DNA of 64,000 nucleotides from Longimicrobiales bacterium (GCA_965202805.1 OZ241869.1:3840001-3904000); one strand, 5' to 3'; numbered from the stretch's first letter, positions 21,098 to 31,602 are shown. Translations and numbers: made by a program. The notes: generated by a model from the letters alone, not told the origin.

Positions 21098-21808
21098 GTG
21101 CCGACCTATGCATCGTTGCAGGAGCTACAGAAGATCGACGCTGAAATCGACCGCGCTACCTCCGGTATCGAGGGGTTCGCCCCGCTGTTGGAGGAACTGG
21201 AATCGCGGGGGCGCGAGCTGGAGGCCAGGATCGAGAGGGCCCGAACCCGGCTCAGGGAGTTGAGCGTCGCGGAGCGCAGGCTCGAACGGACGGCCGAGGA
21301 CAAGCGGAATCGGTTGAGGATGCTGCGCGACCGGCTGCTGAAGGTGCACAACCTCCAGCAGGAAGCCGCGGTGCGCACCGAGATCGATATGCTGCGCCGC
21401 TCCGTCGACGGAGACGAGCTGGAAGCCCTGACCTATCTGGACCAGATCCGCAAGCTGGAAGAGGAGGCGGAGAGACTGGAGCTGGAACTGGCGGACGAAC
21501 GGGAACGGGCCGGACCCCGCAGGCGGGAGATCGAGCAGGAGCGGGAAGACGCGGAGGGCTCGCTCGCTTCGCTGCAGATCCGCCGGGAAGCCTGCGCCGC
21601 CGGCCTCGACCGCCACGAGCGGGCGGTGTACGAGGGCCTGAGGTCCAGCCAGAAGGGACCCATCGTCGTGCCCATAACGGCGGATGGGGCGTGCGGGCGC
21701 TGTTTTTCAATGGTCCCGCTGCAGATTCAGGCGGAAGTCAGGGCCGGGGGCAGGCTGCGCCGGTGCGAGGCCTGTGGCATCATCTTCGCCCCCCGCGACG
21801 GCGAATAG
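21098..21808 (+). CDS. Coiled-coil protein with C-terminal C4 zinc ribbon (DUF164/HP0958-like)
   Basis: LQELQKID start, long coiled coil, CGRC...CEACG. Confidence 0.88.
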   Translation: MPTYASLQELQKIDAEIDRATSGIEGFAPLLEELESRGRELEARIERARTRLRELSVAERRLERTAEDKRNRLRMLRDRLLKVHNLQQEAAVRTEIDMLRRSVDGDELEALTYLDQIRKLEEEAERLELELADERERAGPRRREIEQEREDAEGSLASLQIRREACAAGLDRHERAVYEGLRSSQKGPIVVPITADGACGRCFSMVPLQIQAEVRAGGRLRRCEACGIIFAPRDGE

Positions 21809-21855
21809 CAGCCCGTGGACGAACTCCTCCCGGCAATCGAACGGCGAATGCCAGC

Positions 21856-23640
21856 GTGAACGCACCGGAGCCCGGGGTGCTTCCGCCGGCTCCCGCGCCC
21901 CGCTGGAGCGTCGCCCCCACGCCTTCCGCGCGCCAGGTCGCAGCCCTGCGCAAGCAGCTCCACCTCCCCCGGGCGATGTGCGTTGTGCTTGCGGTACGCG
22001 GATTCGGCCAGCCCGCCGCAGCCCGCTCCTTCCTTCGCCCGGCGCTGGAAGGACTGCCCGATCCGGCGCTGCTCGCCGATGCCGCGCCGGCGTGCCAGCG
22101 CATGCTGCGGGCGGTCGCACGGGGTGAAACCATCCTGGTGCACGGCGACTACGACGTCGACGGCATCGCGGCGGCGGCGTTGCTGACGCGCTGTCTGCGC
22201 GCGCTCGGGGGAAAGGTGGTCCCCTTCGTGCCCCATCGCCTGCGCGACGGCTACGACTTCGGCCTCGCGGGGCTCGAGGCCGCGCGCGCCGCCGGAGCGA
22301 CCCTGCTGGTGACCGCGGATTCGGGGACGCGCGCCCACGGCGCGGTGGAAGAGGCCCGGCGGGCCTCCGTGGACGTCATCGTCACCGACCACCACACCCC
22401 CGACCAGACCCTTCCGCGCGCGTTCGCGCTGGTGAACCCGCGCAGGGAGGACTGCGGCTACCCGAACCAGGACCTCTCGGGGACCGGCGTGGTGTTCGAA
22501 CTCGCACGCCTGCTGGGCCGCATGACGGGATCGCCGGCCATCGGGCCGCTCCCGCACGTGGAGCTGGTCGCGCTCGCCACCATCGCCGATCTGGTGACCC
22601 TCTCGCACCACAACCGCGTGCTGGTGCGTCGCGGTCTGGACGCCCTCCCCGAAACGGACAACGCCGGGCTGCGCGCCCTCATGCAGGTCGCGCGGGTTCG
22701 GGGCCCGGTCACCCCCGGCCACATCGGCTTCACCCTGGCGCCCCGCATCAACGCGGCGGGACGGGTGGGGGAGGCGCGCCTCGCACTCGACCTGCTGCTC
22801 ACGGACGACCGGAGCGAGGCCGCCCGCCTCGCGGGCGCGCTGGAGTCGTACAACGCCGAGCGCAAGACGACGGAGGCGCGCGTCCTCGAGGAGGCGCTGG
22901 CCCGGCTGGCCCCATCCTACGACCCCGGGCGCGACTACGGACTGGTGCTGGCGTCGCGCGACTGGCACCCGGGGGTGATCGGCATCGTGGCCTCCCGGCT
23001 GGTGGACCGGCTGCACCGGCCGACCATCCTGGTCTCGGTGGACGGCGACACCGCCCGCGGGAGCGCCCGCTCCATTCCCGGCTTCGACATCCTGGCCGCC
23101 ATCACCCGGGGTCGCCGTCATCTCGACCGTTTCGGCGGACACCGGCAGGCGGCGGGGATGAGCCTGGCGCCGGAGCGCCTCGACGCCTTCCGGGCGTCGT
23201 TCAACGAAGCCGCCGAGCAGGAGCTGGCGGATCGCGATCTGCGCCCGCGCCTCGTCGCCGACGCCGAACTCCGCCTGGAGGAGGTGACGGAGCCGCTTGT
23301 GCGTTACCTGCGGCACATGGGGCCGCACGGCATCGGCAACCCGCGCCCCCTCTTCCTGGCGCGCGGGGTCACGGTGGACGGGCCGGTGAAGGTGCTGAAG
23401 GGCGCCCACCTCAAGATGCGCCTGCGCGACCGCACGGCGGCGCTGAATGCGATCGGTTTCGGGTTGGCGGGTCGGGTCGATCCCGCGAAGCTGGTCCCCG
23501 GACCGGTCGACGCGGTGTTCCGGCTCAAACTGGACAACTACCGCGGGGTCCCGCTCATCCAGGGGGAACTCGCGGGCATCGGCCCGACCCGTTGCGGTCC
23601 CGCGAACCCGGCGCGCGCGCGGGTCGAGTCCCCGCCGTGA
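21856..23640 (+). CDS. recJ: ssDNA-specific exonuclease RecJ
   Basis: GDYDVDG, TDHH, TIAD, PRINAAGR, GSARS, GGH.QAAG motifs. Confidence 0.97.
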   Translation: MNAPEPGVLPPAPAPRWSVAPTPSARQVAALRKQLHLPRAMCVVLAVRGFGQPAAARSFLRPALEGLPDPALLADAAPACQRMLRAVARGETILVHGDYDVDGIAAAALLTRCLRALGGKVVPFVPHRLRDGYDFGLAGLEAARAAGATLLVTADSGTRAHGAVEEARRASVDVIVTDHHTPDQTLPRAFALVNPRREDCGYPNQDLSGTGVVFELARLLGRMTGSPAIGPLPHVELVALATIADLVTLSHHNRVLVRRGLDALPETDNAGLRALMQVARVRGPVTPGHIGFTLAPRINAAGRVGEARLALDLLLTDDRSEAARLAGALESYNAERKTTEARVLEEALARLAPSYDPGRDYGLVLASRDWHPGVIGIVASRLVDRLHRPTILVSVDGDTARGSARSIPGFDILAAITRGRRHLDRFGGHRQAAGMSLAPERLDAFRASFNEAAEQELADRDLRPRLVADAELRLEEVTEPLVRYLRHMGPHGIGNPRPLFLARGVTVDGPVKVLKGAHLKMRLRDRTAALNAIGFGLAGRVDPAKLVPGPVDAVFRLKLDNYRGVPLIQGELAGIGPTRCGPANPARARVESPP

Positions 23641-24170
23641 GAATCATCGCCGGACGCTGGCGCGGGCACCGGCTGAAGCCGCTCCGCGCCCGGGGCGTGC
23701 GCCCGACCTCCGACCGGGTACGCGAGGCGTGGATGGCCGCGCTCGGCACCGATGTGGAAGGGGCCGCGGTCGTCGATCTGTTCGCGGGCTCGGGCGCGCT
23801 CGGACTGGAGGCGCTGAGCCGGGGCGCCGGCCACGTCACCTTCGTGGACCTCTCGCGGGGCGCGCTCAGGGTCCTTCGGGCCAACATCGAGCTGCTCGGG
23901 GCGGACGACGTCACCCGCGTGGTGCGGGCCGACGCTCTGGCGTATGCGAAGCGCATGCAGCGCGACGAGATCGACCTGGCGCTGGCCGATCCCCCCTACG
24001 GACGCCGTCTGGCGGGGCGGCTTCTCGACCTCTACGGCGAGCGTCCGTTTGCGGGCGCCCTGTGGGTGGAGCATCGTTCCCGGGAGGAGTTGCCGGCGTG
24101 CCCGGGGCTTCGGCTGCGGCAACGAGTGTACGGAGACACCACGCTGACCATTGCGGAGGCGGACGCATGA
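23637..24170 (+). CDS. rsmD: 16S rRNA m2G966 methyltransferase
   Basis: RIIAG, RPTSDRVRE, DLFAGSGALGLEALSRGA, DPPY. Confidence 0.95.
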   Translation: MRIIAGRWRGHRLKPLRARGVRPTSDRVREAWMAALGTDVEGAAVVDLFAGSGALGLEALSRGAGHVTFVDLSRGALRVLRANIELLGADDVTRVVRADALAYAKRMQRDEIDLALADPPYGRRLAGRLLDLYGERPFAGALWVEHRSREELPACPGLRLRQRVYGDTTLTIAEADA

Positions 24171-24685
24171 GCGGTGCCAGGGATCTGGTCGCCATCTATC
24201 CGGGGTCCTTCGATCCCGTCACTCTGGGGCACGAGGACATCGTCCGGCGCACGCTGTGCGTGGCCGACCGGGTCGTCGTTGCGGTGGCGCACAGCTCGAC
24301 GCAGTCGAAGCGCCAGTTGTTCGGTGTCGATGAACGGGTGAGCCTCCTGCAGGAGGTGTTTCGGGATGAGGCGCGTGTGGAATGCACCTCTTTCGAGGGC
24401 CTGCTGGTGGACTTCGCCCGCGCCCGCGGGGCACGCTTCATGATTCGCGGCCTCCGGGCGGTGTCGGACTTCGAGTACGAGTTCCAGATGGCCCAGATGA
24501 ATCGGCAGCTTTGGCCGGGCGCCGAGACTCTCTTCCTCATGCCGGACGTGTCCTACGCGTTCCTGTCCTCATCTCTGGTTCGCGAAGTCGCCGTCCTGGG
24601 CGGGAACATCTCCAGGTTCGTCTCGCCCCTCGTGGCCCGCGGGATTCGCCGGAGACTCGAGAACCGGCAGGGGACGGAGGGGTGA
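24167..24685 (+). CDS. coaD: Pantetheine-phosphate adenylyltransferase
   Basis: YPGSFDPVTLGH, RGLRAVSDFEYE, SSSLVRE. Confidence 0.97.
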   Translation: MSGARDLVAIYPGSFDPVTLGHEDIVRRTLCVADRVVVAVAHSSTQSKRQLFGVDERVSLLQEVFRDEARVECTSFEGLLVDFARARGARFMIRGLRAVSDFEYEFQMAQMNRQLWPGAETLFLMPDVSYAFLSSSLVREVAVLGGNISRFVSPLVARGIRRRLENRQGTEG

Positions 24686-24712
24686 TGGCGCCGGTCTGCC
24701 GCGCGAGGCGGC

Positions 24713-24742
24713 TTGCCTCCCCCCGCGGCCTGCATGTAAACT
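24713..24742 (+). promoter_or_regulatory. Possible sigma70-type promoter for the STAS operon
   Basis: TTGCCT-N18-TAAACT in the coaD-STAS intergenic gap. Confidence 0.4.
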
Positions 24743-24818
24743 GCCCCGCACTTCGCCCGACCTTCCACACCGTCGGCGGATCCAGCGCGGATTCCATCAG
24801 ATAAACGCGGAGCCCGGG

Positions 24819-25151
24819 ATGCCCTTCATCGTAGAACAATCCGGTGCGATCACCATCATCAGCGTAACCGGCCACCTTATCGTAGCGAACCGCCAGGAAC
24901 TCAAGCACGTCGTGCTCGAGCGGCTGCGGACGGGAGACCGCGAGTTCCTCATCGACTTTGCCGAGACCGGCTATATCGACTCTTCCGGGCTCGGGGTACT
25001 GGTGTCCCTGTCAAAGAAGGTGCGCGAGCAGGGCGGGGAGCTCCGGCTGGCCGCGCTCAACGAAGACCTGCGCACCCTCTTCCAGCTCACCAAGCTCGAC
25101 ACGCTGTTCACCATCGTGGATTCCCGCGAAGAGGGCCTCCGGGACAGCTGA
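24819..25151 (+). CDS. STAS-domain anti-sigma factor antagonist (RsbV/SpoIIAA-like)
   Basis: YIDSSGLGVLV with the phosphorylatable Ser; LFQLTKLD. Confidence 0.93.
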   Translation: MPFIVEQSGAITIISVTGHLIVANRQELKHVVLERLRTGDREFLIDFAETGYIDSSGLGVLVSLSKKVREQGGELRLAALNEDLRTLFQLTKLDTLFTIVDSREEGLRDS

Positions 25152-25189
25152 GTTCCGTCCGAGGGGGGCTCCAAGCCCGGCGGTGGCCC

Positions 25190-25621
25190 ATGGATCCGGA
25201 GCTGATCTTTCACCTCCCGAGCGACGTCCTCCGCATCGAGGACGCCGTCGAGAAGGTGATCGCCCGCTGCCATCGCATCATCGAGCTTGAGCGCAGGGCC
25301 AGCCGTGTCCGCATGAATCTTCGGGTGGCGCTTGCGGAAGCGCTCTCCAATGCGATGCTGTATGGGAACGGCGCCGACCGGTCGAAGCGCGTGCGCGTGG
25401 AACTGGCGATCACGGCCGGGGCCATCATCACCAGGGTGACGGATGAAGGTTCGGGTTTCGACTACGAGGACGTCCCGGACCCGACCACTCCGGAGAGCCT
25501 TCTGAAGCCGGACGGACGCGGGATCTTCCTGATGCGCAAGCTGCTGGACGAGGTCTCCTTCAACGACCGGGGCAACTCCGTCACCCTGCTGCTGAGACGC
25601 GATCCGGTACGACGCGAATGA
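25190..25621 (+). CDS. Anti-sigma factor Ser/Thr kinase (RsbW/SpoIIAB-like HATPase)
   Basis: EALSNA, DEGSGF, GRGIFLM (N, G1 and G2 boxes). Confidence 0.92.
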   Translation: MDPELIFHLPSDVLRIEDAVEKVIARCHRIIELERRASRVRMNLRVALAEALSNAMLYGNGADRSKRVRVELAITAGAIITRVTDEGSGFDYEDVPDPTTPESLLKPDGRGIFLMRKLLDEVSFNDRGNSVTLLLRRDPVRRE

Positions 25622-27180
25622 GCGAGACCGGCGCTCCGCCGCTGCCGCGGCCGGTCCGCAAGCTGCTGGACGAGTTTGCCGGCAGCTTCCCCTGGCGGCT
25701 GGGCGTGCGCGACCTGGTTTCCGGCTGCTCCGTGTATCCGGAGGGAACTGCTTCCGCCAGTCCGGCGATCGAGCGGGAAGGTGCCCTGACGCGCCGACTG
25801 AGCACCCGGGAGGGCCGCAGCCTGGAGCTGGCGGTCCACCCCGCGGATCCGTCCCTGGCGCCGGCCGCCGACCTCCTCTGCTCGCAGCTCGTCCGGGTTC
25901 TCGACGCCGAGCAGGAAATCAGCTTCCTCAGTGGCGAGTTGTCCGCGCGCTACGAGGAAATCAACCTGCTCTACTCGATCAGCGAGATTCTCGGCTCGAT
26001 CCTGGAGCTGGGCGAAGCCGCGCGCATCATCCTCAACGAAGTGTGCGACGTCCTGGGCGCCCGCCGCGGCTCGCTATGGGTCTACGACGTGGGGGACGGA
26101 CTGCTGCACCAGATCGCCGCCGAGGGAATCGCCGGACTGGACGGGCCGCTCGATCCCGCCGGGGACATGCTCACCGCGCGCGTGTTCCGGGAACGGGAGG
26201 CGATCATCAGCACCGGAGGCGATGGCCGGCATCCCGCCACCGCCCCCAACCTGCGTTCCGAATCGGCCCTCCTGGTGCCCATCCAGTACGCGCCGCAGGC
26301 GGGGCAGGCGCGCACGGTCGGCGTCATCAACCTGTTCGGGCGCAGGGGAAGCGGCACTTTCTCGGCCGGGGACCGCAAGCTGCTGACCGCCATCGCCAGC
26401 CAGATCGGCGCGGCGCTCGAAAATCATCGGCTCTTCCGCGAGAGCCGGGCGCGGGACCGGATGGCGCACGAGATGGAGCTGGCCCACAACCTTCAGATGC
26501 GGTTGCTTCAGCCGGTCGATCAGTTGGGGCTGAGCCAGGTGGCGGCGAGGGTTCAGCCGGCGGAGCAGGTAGGGGGCGACTTCTACCACTTCATCAAGCT
26601 CTCCGGGGGCCGGCTCGGCGTCATGATCGGCGACGTTTCGAGTCACGGCTTCCCGGCGGCCCTCATCATGGCGCTGGCCCTCTCGGCCGCGTCCATCTTC
26701 GCGGGCGAAACGGAGAGTCCGGCCGAGGTGCTCCGCCACGTGGACGACGCGCTGCGCGACGAGCTCGAGACCACCGAGATGTACCTCACCCTTTTCTGCG
26801 GCGTGCTGGACCCGGCCGCGGGCGAGCTGGTGTACTCCAATGCGGGCCACCCTCACGCGTTCGTCTTCCGGCCGGGCGACAGGGAGCGGCGGCTGGCGGC
26901 CACCGACCCGCCGGTGGGGATCGCCGGACCCGGCGCGTATTCCGAGGCCAGCGTACCCTGGGCCGCGGGGGAGGATCTGTTGTTTCTGTTTACCGACGGC
27001 CTGTCGGACTCGCTGGCCACCAGCGGTTCGCGCAGCGGGGAGGAGGCCGTGCTGGCGGAGGCGCGAGAGCAGGTCGAACGTGGTCCGGCCGCCATCGTGG
27101 ACTCGCTCTTCCGGCTCGCCGCCGAGCCGACGCGCGCGATCCCCGCCGACGACCGCACCGCCATCGCCCTGAGGCTCTGA
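25618..27180 (+). CDS. GAF-domain PP2C/SpoIIE phosphatase (RsbU-like)
   Basis: GAF domain followed by VGGDFY, GDVSSHG, NAGH, TDG, DDRT. Confidence 0.92.
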   Translation: MSETGAPPLPRPVRKLLDEFAGSFPWRLGVRDLVSGCSVYPEGTASASPAIEREGALTRRLSTREGRSLELAVHPADPSLAPAADLLCSQLVRVLDAEQEISFLSGELSARYEEINLLYSISEILGSILELGEAARIILNEVCDVLGARRGSLWVYDVGDGLLHQIAAEGIAGLDGPLDPAGDMLTARVFREREAIISTGGDGRHPATAPNLRSESALLVPIQYAPQAGQARTVGVINLFGRRGSGTFSAGDRKLLTAIASQIGAALENHRLFRESRARDRMAHEMELAHNLQMRLLQPVDQLGLSQVAARVQPAEQVGGDFYHFIKLSGGRLGVMIGDVSSHGFPAALIMALALSAASIFAGETESPAEVLRHVDDALRDELETTEMYLTLFCGVLDPAAGELVYSNAGHPHAFVFRPGDRERRLAATDPPVGIAGPGAYSEASVPWAAGEDLLFLFTDGLSDSLATSGSRSGEEAVLAEAREQVERGPAAIVDSLFRLAAEPTRAIPADDRTAIALRL

Positions 27181-27183
27181 GGC

Positions 27184-27981
27184 GTGCGGCCGAAGCGTTC
27201 CCTCGGCCAGAACTTCCTGGTGGACCCCAACCTTCAGCGGGCCATCGTCAGGGCGCTCGACGTTCAGCCCACCGACGAGGTGCTGGAGATCGGGCCCGGG
27301 ACCGGCGCGCTCACCCGCCACCTGCTGGGCCTGCCGCGCCGTCTGGTGCTTGTGGAGCTGGACCGGGAGCTGGCGGGCCGCCTCGGCGAGGAGCTGGGCG
27401 GGCGCCCCGAGGTCACCCTGGTTCGGGGGGACATCCTCGACACAGACATCGCGGCGTTGGCCGAAGACATCTCCGCGCTCAAGGTGATCGGCAACATTCC
27501 GTACAACCGCACTTCGCCGATCGTCTTCCGGCTTCTCGAACGTCCGCGGCCGGCCGAGATCGTCATCATGGTGCAGCGGGAAGTCGGCGAGCGCATGCTG
27601 GCGGCCCCGGGCTCCCGGACCTACGGCGCCCTGTCGGTGGGGGTCCGCATCGTGGCGCGGGCAGAGCGTGTCCTGCGCGTGCGGCGGACGGCGTTTCGTC
27701 CCGTCCCGCGGGTGGATTCGGTGGTGGTGCGCATCCGGCCCTTCCACCCCCCACGGATTTCCGCAAAGCGGGAGAAGGCCGTGCGCGTCCTCACCCGTGC
27801 GGCCTTTCAGCGCCGGCGCAAGCAGTTTCAGCGGATTCTACGGGATGCACCGGCCTATCGGCTCGACCGGCGGGCCGTTGCGGAGGTGGCGAAACGCAGC
27901 GGGCTCGACCTGACGCTCCGCCCCGAGGCCCTGGCGCCCGAGGACTTCGTCCGCCTTGCGGAGGTGGTGGAGGATACATGA
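27184..27981 (+). CDS. rsmA: 16S rRNA dimethyladenosine transferase KsgA
   Basis: KRSLGQNFL, EIGPGTG, GNIPY, FRPVPRVDS, FQRRRK. Confidence 0.97.
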   Translation: MRPKRSLGQNFLVDPNLQRAIVRALDVQPTDEVLEIGPGTGALTRHLLGLPRRLVLVELDRELAGRLGEELGGRPEVTLVRGDILDTDIAALAEDISALKVIGNIPYNRTSPIVFRLLERPRPAEIVIMVQREVGERMLAAPGSRTYGALSVGVRIVARAERVLRVRRTAFRPVPRVDSVVVRIRPFHPPRISAKREKAVRVLTRAAFQRRRKQFQRILRDAPAYRLDRRAVAEVAKRSGLDLTLRPEALAPEDFVRLAEVVEDT

Positions 27982-28796
27982 GCGCGTCCCGGAGATCATG
28001 GGTCGAGACGGTCGCAGGCCTGCTCGGCGACGGACCGCTGCACCCGGACGAGCTCGCCCGGCGGGCGACCCGGCTGCGCGCGTTCGAGCGGGAGTCCCCC
28101 GCACTGATCGCGTCGCTGCTGGGGCCCGATCCCAGGTTTCGTCTGGACCCGGAGGGCCGCTGGCAGCTGACCCCCGGTCTGGCGGGAGTGCGTTCGTCGC
28201 TCGGTTTTCTGGACTACGCCGTGGTCGACGTGGAGACGACCGGAGGCGCGTACGAGGCGGGCCACCGCATCATCGAGCTGGCTGTCGTGGAGCTGCGTGA
28301 AGGGGTCGTAACCCGGGAATTCCAGAGTCTGGTCAACCCCGGCCGGGACATCGCGGCTTCGGTAACCCGCCTGACCGGCATCAGCGGAACCCGGGTCGCG
28401 AAGGCGCCCCGATTCCACGACATTGCCGGCGAAGTCCGCAACCGGCTCGAGGACCACGTCTTCGTGGCCCACAACGTGGACCATGACTGGGCATTCGTCG
28501 GTGGTCAGCTGCGTGAGGCGCTGGGGGACGCCCCGCGCCTGCAGAGACTCTGCACCGAGCAGCTGTCGCGCAGGTTGCTGGCGTCCCAGCGGCGCCATCA
28601 TCTCGATGCCCTGTGCGGCCGCTACGGCGTCGAGGTGCACGGGCGTCATCGGGCCCTGGGCGACGCTCGCGCGGCGGCCGAAATCCTGAAGCATCTTCTG
28701 GAGGAAACGGAGCGGCGTGGCGTCCGCGACCTTCGGGCGCTGCGCGAACTCCTCGCCCGGCCGGAGGGACGTGACCCGGTCGACGGATTGGTCTAG
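27978..28796 (+). CDS. DEDDh 3'-5' exonuclease (DnaQ-like) with a short N-terminal domain
   Basis: VVDVETTG, AHNVDHD and HRALGDA motifs; ATG overlaps the rsmA stop. Confidence 0.88.
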   Translation: MSASRRSWVETVAGLLGDGPLHPDELARRATRLRAFERESPALIASLLGPDPRFRLDPEGRWQLTPGLAGVRSSLGFLDYAVVDVETTGGAYEAGHRIIELAVVELREGVVTREFQSLVNPGRDIAASVTRLTGISGTRVAKAPRFHDIAGEVRNRLEDHVFVAHNVDHDWAFVGGQLREALGDAPRLQRLCTEQLSRRLLASQRRHHLDALCGRYGVEVHGRHRALGDARAAAEILKHLLEETERRGVRDLRALRELLARPEGRDPVDGLV

Positions 28797-28806
28797 ATTT
28801 TCACTC

Positions 28807-30018
28807 ATGAACGACGAATCCCGAACCCCGGTCATCCTTGGATCCGCCCGTACCCCGATCGGCCGTTTCCTGGGCGGCCTCTCCCCGCTTCCCGGCCCCG
28901 CGCTGGGCGCCGTCACCGTGCGTGCGGCCGTGGAGCGCTCCGGCGTCGACCCGTCCGCCATCGACGAGGTGGTCATGGGAAACGTGGTCTCGGCCGGAGA
29001 GGGGCAGGCTCCTGCCCGCCAGGCGGCCGTGAACGCCGGCCTCCCCGCGACCATCCCTTCCGTGACCGTCAACAAGGTGTGCGGTTCCGGGCTGAAGGCG
29101 GTGATGCTGGCGGCGCAGGCGATCCGGGCGGGAGACGCGCGCACCGTCGTGGCTGGCGGCTTCGAGTCGATGTCCAACGTCCCCTACTACCTGCGGGGAC
29201 ATCGGGGGGGCGTGAAGTTCGGAGACCAGGAGGTGAGCGACGGCCTCATTCACGACGGCCTCTGGTGCTCCTTCGAGGGCCGCCACATGGGTGGCTACGC
29301 CGAATACACGGCGACCCGCGCCGACATCACGCGCGAGAGGGCCGACGAGTTCGCTCTGGCGTCGCACCGCAAGGCGGTGGATGCAATCGACGGAGGCCGG
29401 TTTCGGTCCGAGATCGTACCGGTGGAGGTTCCGGCCCGCCGGGGCGCGACCCTGGTCGATACCGACGAGGGGCCCCGGCGCGACACTTCGCTGGCGGCGC
29501 TGGCCAGACTGCGTCCCGCCTTTTCCCGCGACGCGCCCGAGGAGGTCGATCGGCTGGTCGTCACCGCCGGGAACGCCCCGGGGCTGAACGATGGCGGTGC
29601 CGCCATGGTCGTCGCGTCGATGGAATTCGCCCGGGCGCACGGCCTGCCGGTGGCCGCCCGCGTCACGGCCTACGCCTCGGCGGGCACCGAACCGCGCGAT
29701 CTCTTCTTCGCCCCCATCCATGCGGTGCGCAGGGTGATGGAATCGGAGGGGAGGACGGCGGACGACTACGACCTTGTTGAGATCAACGAAGCCTTCGCGG
29801 TACAGGCACTGGCGGACATCGACGCGCTCGACCTGGACCCGGCCCGGGTGAACGTGAACGGGGGCGCGGTCGCGCTGGGCCACCCCATTGGCGCTTCCGG
29901 GGCGCGCATCCTGGTGACGCTCGTGCATGCGATGGAGAACCGGGGCGCCGCGACCGGGCTCGCCACGCTCTGCCTCGGAGGCGGCAACGCGGTCGCGCTC
30001 GCGGTGGAGCGCGCCTGA
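28807..30018 (+). CDS. Acetyl-CoA C-acetyltransferase (thiolase)
   Basis: [19 protein letters not shown] and CLGGG motifs. Confidence 0.96.
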   Translation: MNDESRTPVILGSARTPIGRFLGGLSPLPGPALGAVTVRAAVERSGVDPSAIDEVVMGNVVSAGEGQAPARQAAVNAGLPATIPSVTVNKVCGSGLKAVMLAAQAIRAGDARTVVAGGFESMSNVPYYLRGHRGGVKFGDQEVSDGLIHDGLWCSFEGRHMGGYAEYTATRADITRERADEFALASHRKAVDAIDGGRFRSEIVPVEVPARRGATLVDTDEGPRRDTSLAALARLRPAFSRDAPEEVDRLVVTAGNAPGLNDGGAAMVVASMEFARAHGLPVAARVTAYASAGTEPRDLFFAPIHAVRRVMESEGRTADDYDLVEINEAFAVQALADIDALDLDPARVNVNGGAVALGHPIGASGARILVTLVHAMENRGAATGLATLCLGGGNAVALAVERA

Positions 30019-30130
30019 CCGCTCGACTGCCGGACCTGGGCAGAGTCGGCGCGCCGATGCTCCCATCCGCGGGAGGCCCGAGGGCGGCACGGAACCTGCT
30101 CACATAGCGATAGACATGGGAGGATCAAGG

Positions 30131-30718
30131 ATGCGGACTGGAGAGTTGAGCCAGGGACAGGGAATTCTGGTACGGATGGCGTCGCTCGCCGTCGGTCGGC
30201 GGACGCTGACCGCGGCGCTCTTCGTCCTGCTCACCACCGCCGGCGCCTACGTCGCGCTGCCGGTGCCCTGGACGCCGGTCCCGATGACGCTGCAGCCGCT
30301 CTTCGTGCTCCTGTCGGGGCTGGTGCTGGGGCCGTCGGCGGGAGCGGCGAGCATGGCGGCCTACGTCCTGCTCGGGGTGAGCGGCGCACCGGTGTTCGCC
30401 TCGATCCCGGCCGGGCCGGCGGCCCTCGTCGGTCCCACGGGCGGCTTCATCCTCGCCTTTCCCCTGGCTTCGGGCCTCTGCGGATGGCTGGCGGGCCCGC
30501 GGGACTCGGGCGCCCCCCGCATCCTGTTGGCGCTGGTCGCGGGCCTGTTCGTCATCTACCTGGCGGGCGCGGCCCAGTTGTCGCTGCTCACCGGTTCCGC
30601 TCCCATGGCGGTTTTCCGCAATGCCGTGCTGCCCTTCGCGCTCGGCGACGCGATCGAACTGCTCGTGGCCATGGCGATCGCACTCCGGCTGAGATCCCGG
30701 GCTCGCGACAAGGCCTGA
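30131..30718 (+). CDS. bioY: Biotin transporter BioY (ECF S-component)
   Basis: PVPMTLQ, YVLLG..GAPVFA, GPTGGF, PF..GD; start may be 30176. Confidence 0.92.
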   Translation: MRTGELSQGQGILVRMASLAVGRRTLTAALFVLLTTAGAYVALPVPWTPVPMTLQPLFVLLSGLVLGPSAGAASMAAYVLLGVSGAPVFASIPAGPAALVGPTGGFILAFPLASGLCGWLAGPRDSGAPRILLALVAGLFVIYLAGAAQLSLLTGSAPMAVFRNAVLPFALGDAIELLVAMAIALRLRSRARDKA

Positions 30719-30753
30719 CACCCGGAGCGCTATTCGTGGCCGAAGGGAAGCCC

Positions 30754-31602
30754 ATGCGATGCATTGCCGTGATCGGCTCCGGAACGATGGGAAACGGCAT
30801 CGCGCACGTCGCGGCGCTGTCCGGGCTGGAGGTGGCCCTCTACGACGTGGCCGAGGAGGCGCTCGCGAGGGGAACCGCGAACATCGCGCGAAACATGGAT
30901 CGCCAACTCCGGTCCGGTCGCCTGCAGGCGGACGACAAGGCCGCCGCCCTGGCCCGCATCCATGCTACGGCCGACCTCGCGCAGGCCGTATCCGGGACGG
31001 AGCTCGTCGTTGAAGCAGTCCCCGAGGACGCCTCGCTCAAGTATCGCCTCTTCGCGGAGCTGGACCGGCTCGCTCCAGCCGGCGCGATCCTGGCCTCCAA
31101 CACATCCTCGATCTCCATCACCGCGATGGGCGCCCGCACGACCCGTCCCGACCGCGTCATCGGCATGCACTTCATGAACCCCGTGCCGGTCATGCGCCTT
31201 GTGGAGGTGGTGCGCGGGCTCCGGACCAGCGACGAGACCGTGCGGACGGTGGTGGAACTTGCGGCCCGCCTGGGCAAGACCCCGGTGGAGGTGAACGACT
31301 TCCCGGGCTTCGTCTCGAACCGCATCCTCATGCCGATGATCAACGAGGCGATCTTCGCTCTCACGGAGGGCGTCGCCGAGGCGGAGGCGATCGACGCGGT
31401 CATGCGAATGGGGATGAATCATCCCATGGGGCCGCTTGCGCTGGCCGACCTGATCGGGCTCGACACCTGCCTCGGCATCCTGGAAGTACTGCACCGGGAG
31501 CTGGGCGACGACCGCTACCGCCCCGCCCCACTGCTTCGCAAGTACGTGGCGGCCGGCTGGCTGGGCCGCAAGAGCGGGCGCGGCTTCTACTCCCATGCGT
31601 AG
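30754..31602 (+). CDS. hbd: 3-hydroxybutyryl-CoA dehydrogenase
   Basis: GSGTMGNGIA, EAVPE, SNTSS, GMHFMNP, HPMGP, GRKSGRGFY. Confidence 0.95.
   Translation: MRCIAVIGSGTMGNGIAHVAALSGLEVALYDVAEEALARGTANIARNMDRQLRSGRLQADDKAAALARIHATADLAQAVSGTELVVEAVPEDASLKYRLFAELDRLAPAGAILASNTSSISITAMGARTTRPDRVIGMHFMNPVPVMRLVEVVRGLRTSDETVRTVVELAARLGKTPVEVNDFPGFVSNRILMPMINEAIFALTEGVAEAEAIDAVMRMGMNHPMGPLALADLIGLDTCLGILEVLHRELGDDRYRPAPLLRKYVAAGWLGRKSGRGFYSHA

Noticed and set aside
18369..21113. Very long antisense or alternate-frame ORFs (for example 914 aa here, 934 aa at 57236-60040, 860 aa at 36746-39328)
   Set aside because: They are shadows of well-supported genes; high GC suppresses stop codons and the translations carry no family motifs
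26043..28796. 917-aa ORF suggesting a large exonuclease fusion
   Set aside because: The upstream part overlaps the PP2C and rsmA genes in another frame; the real start is ATG 27978
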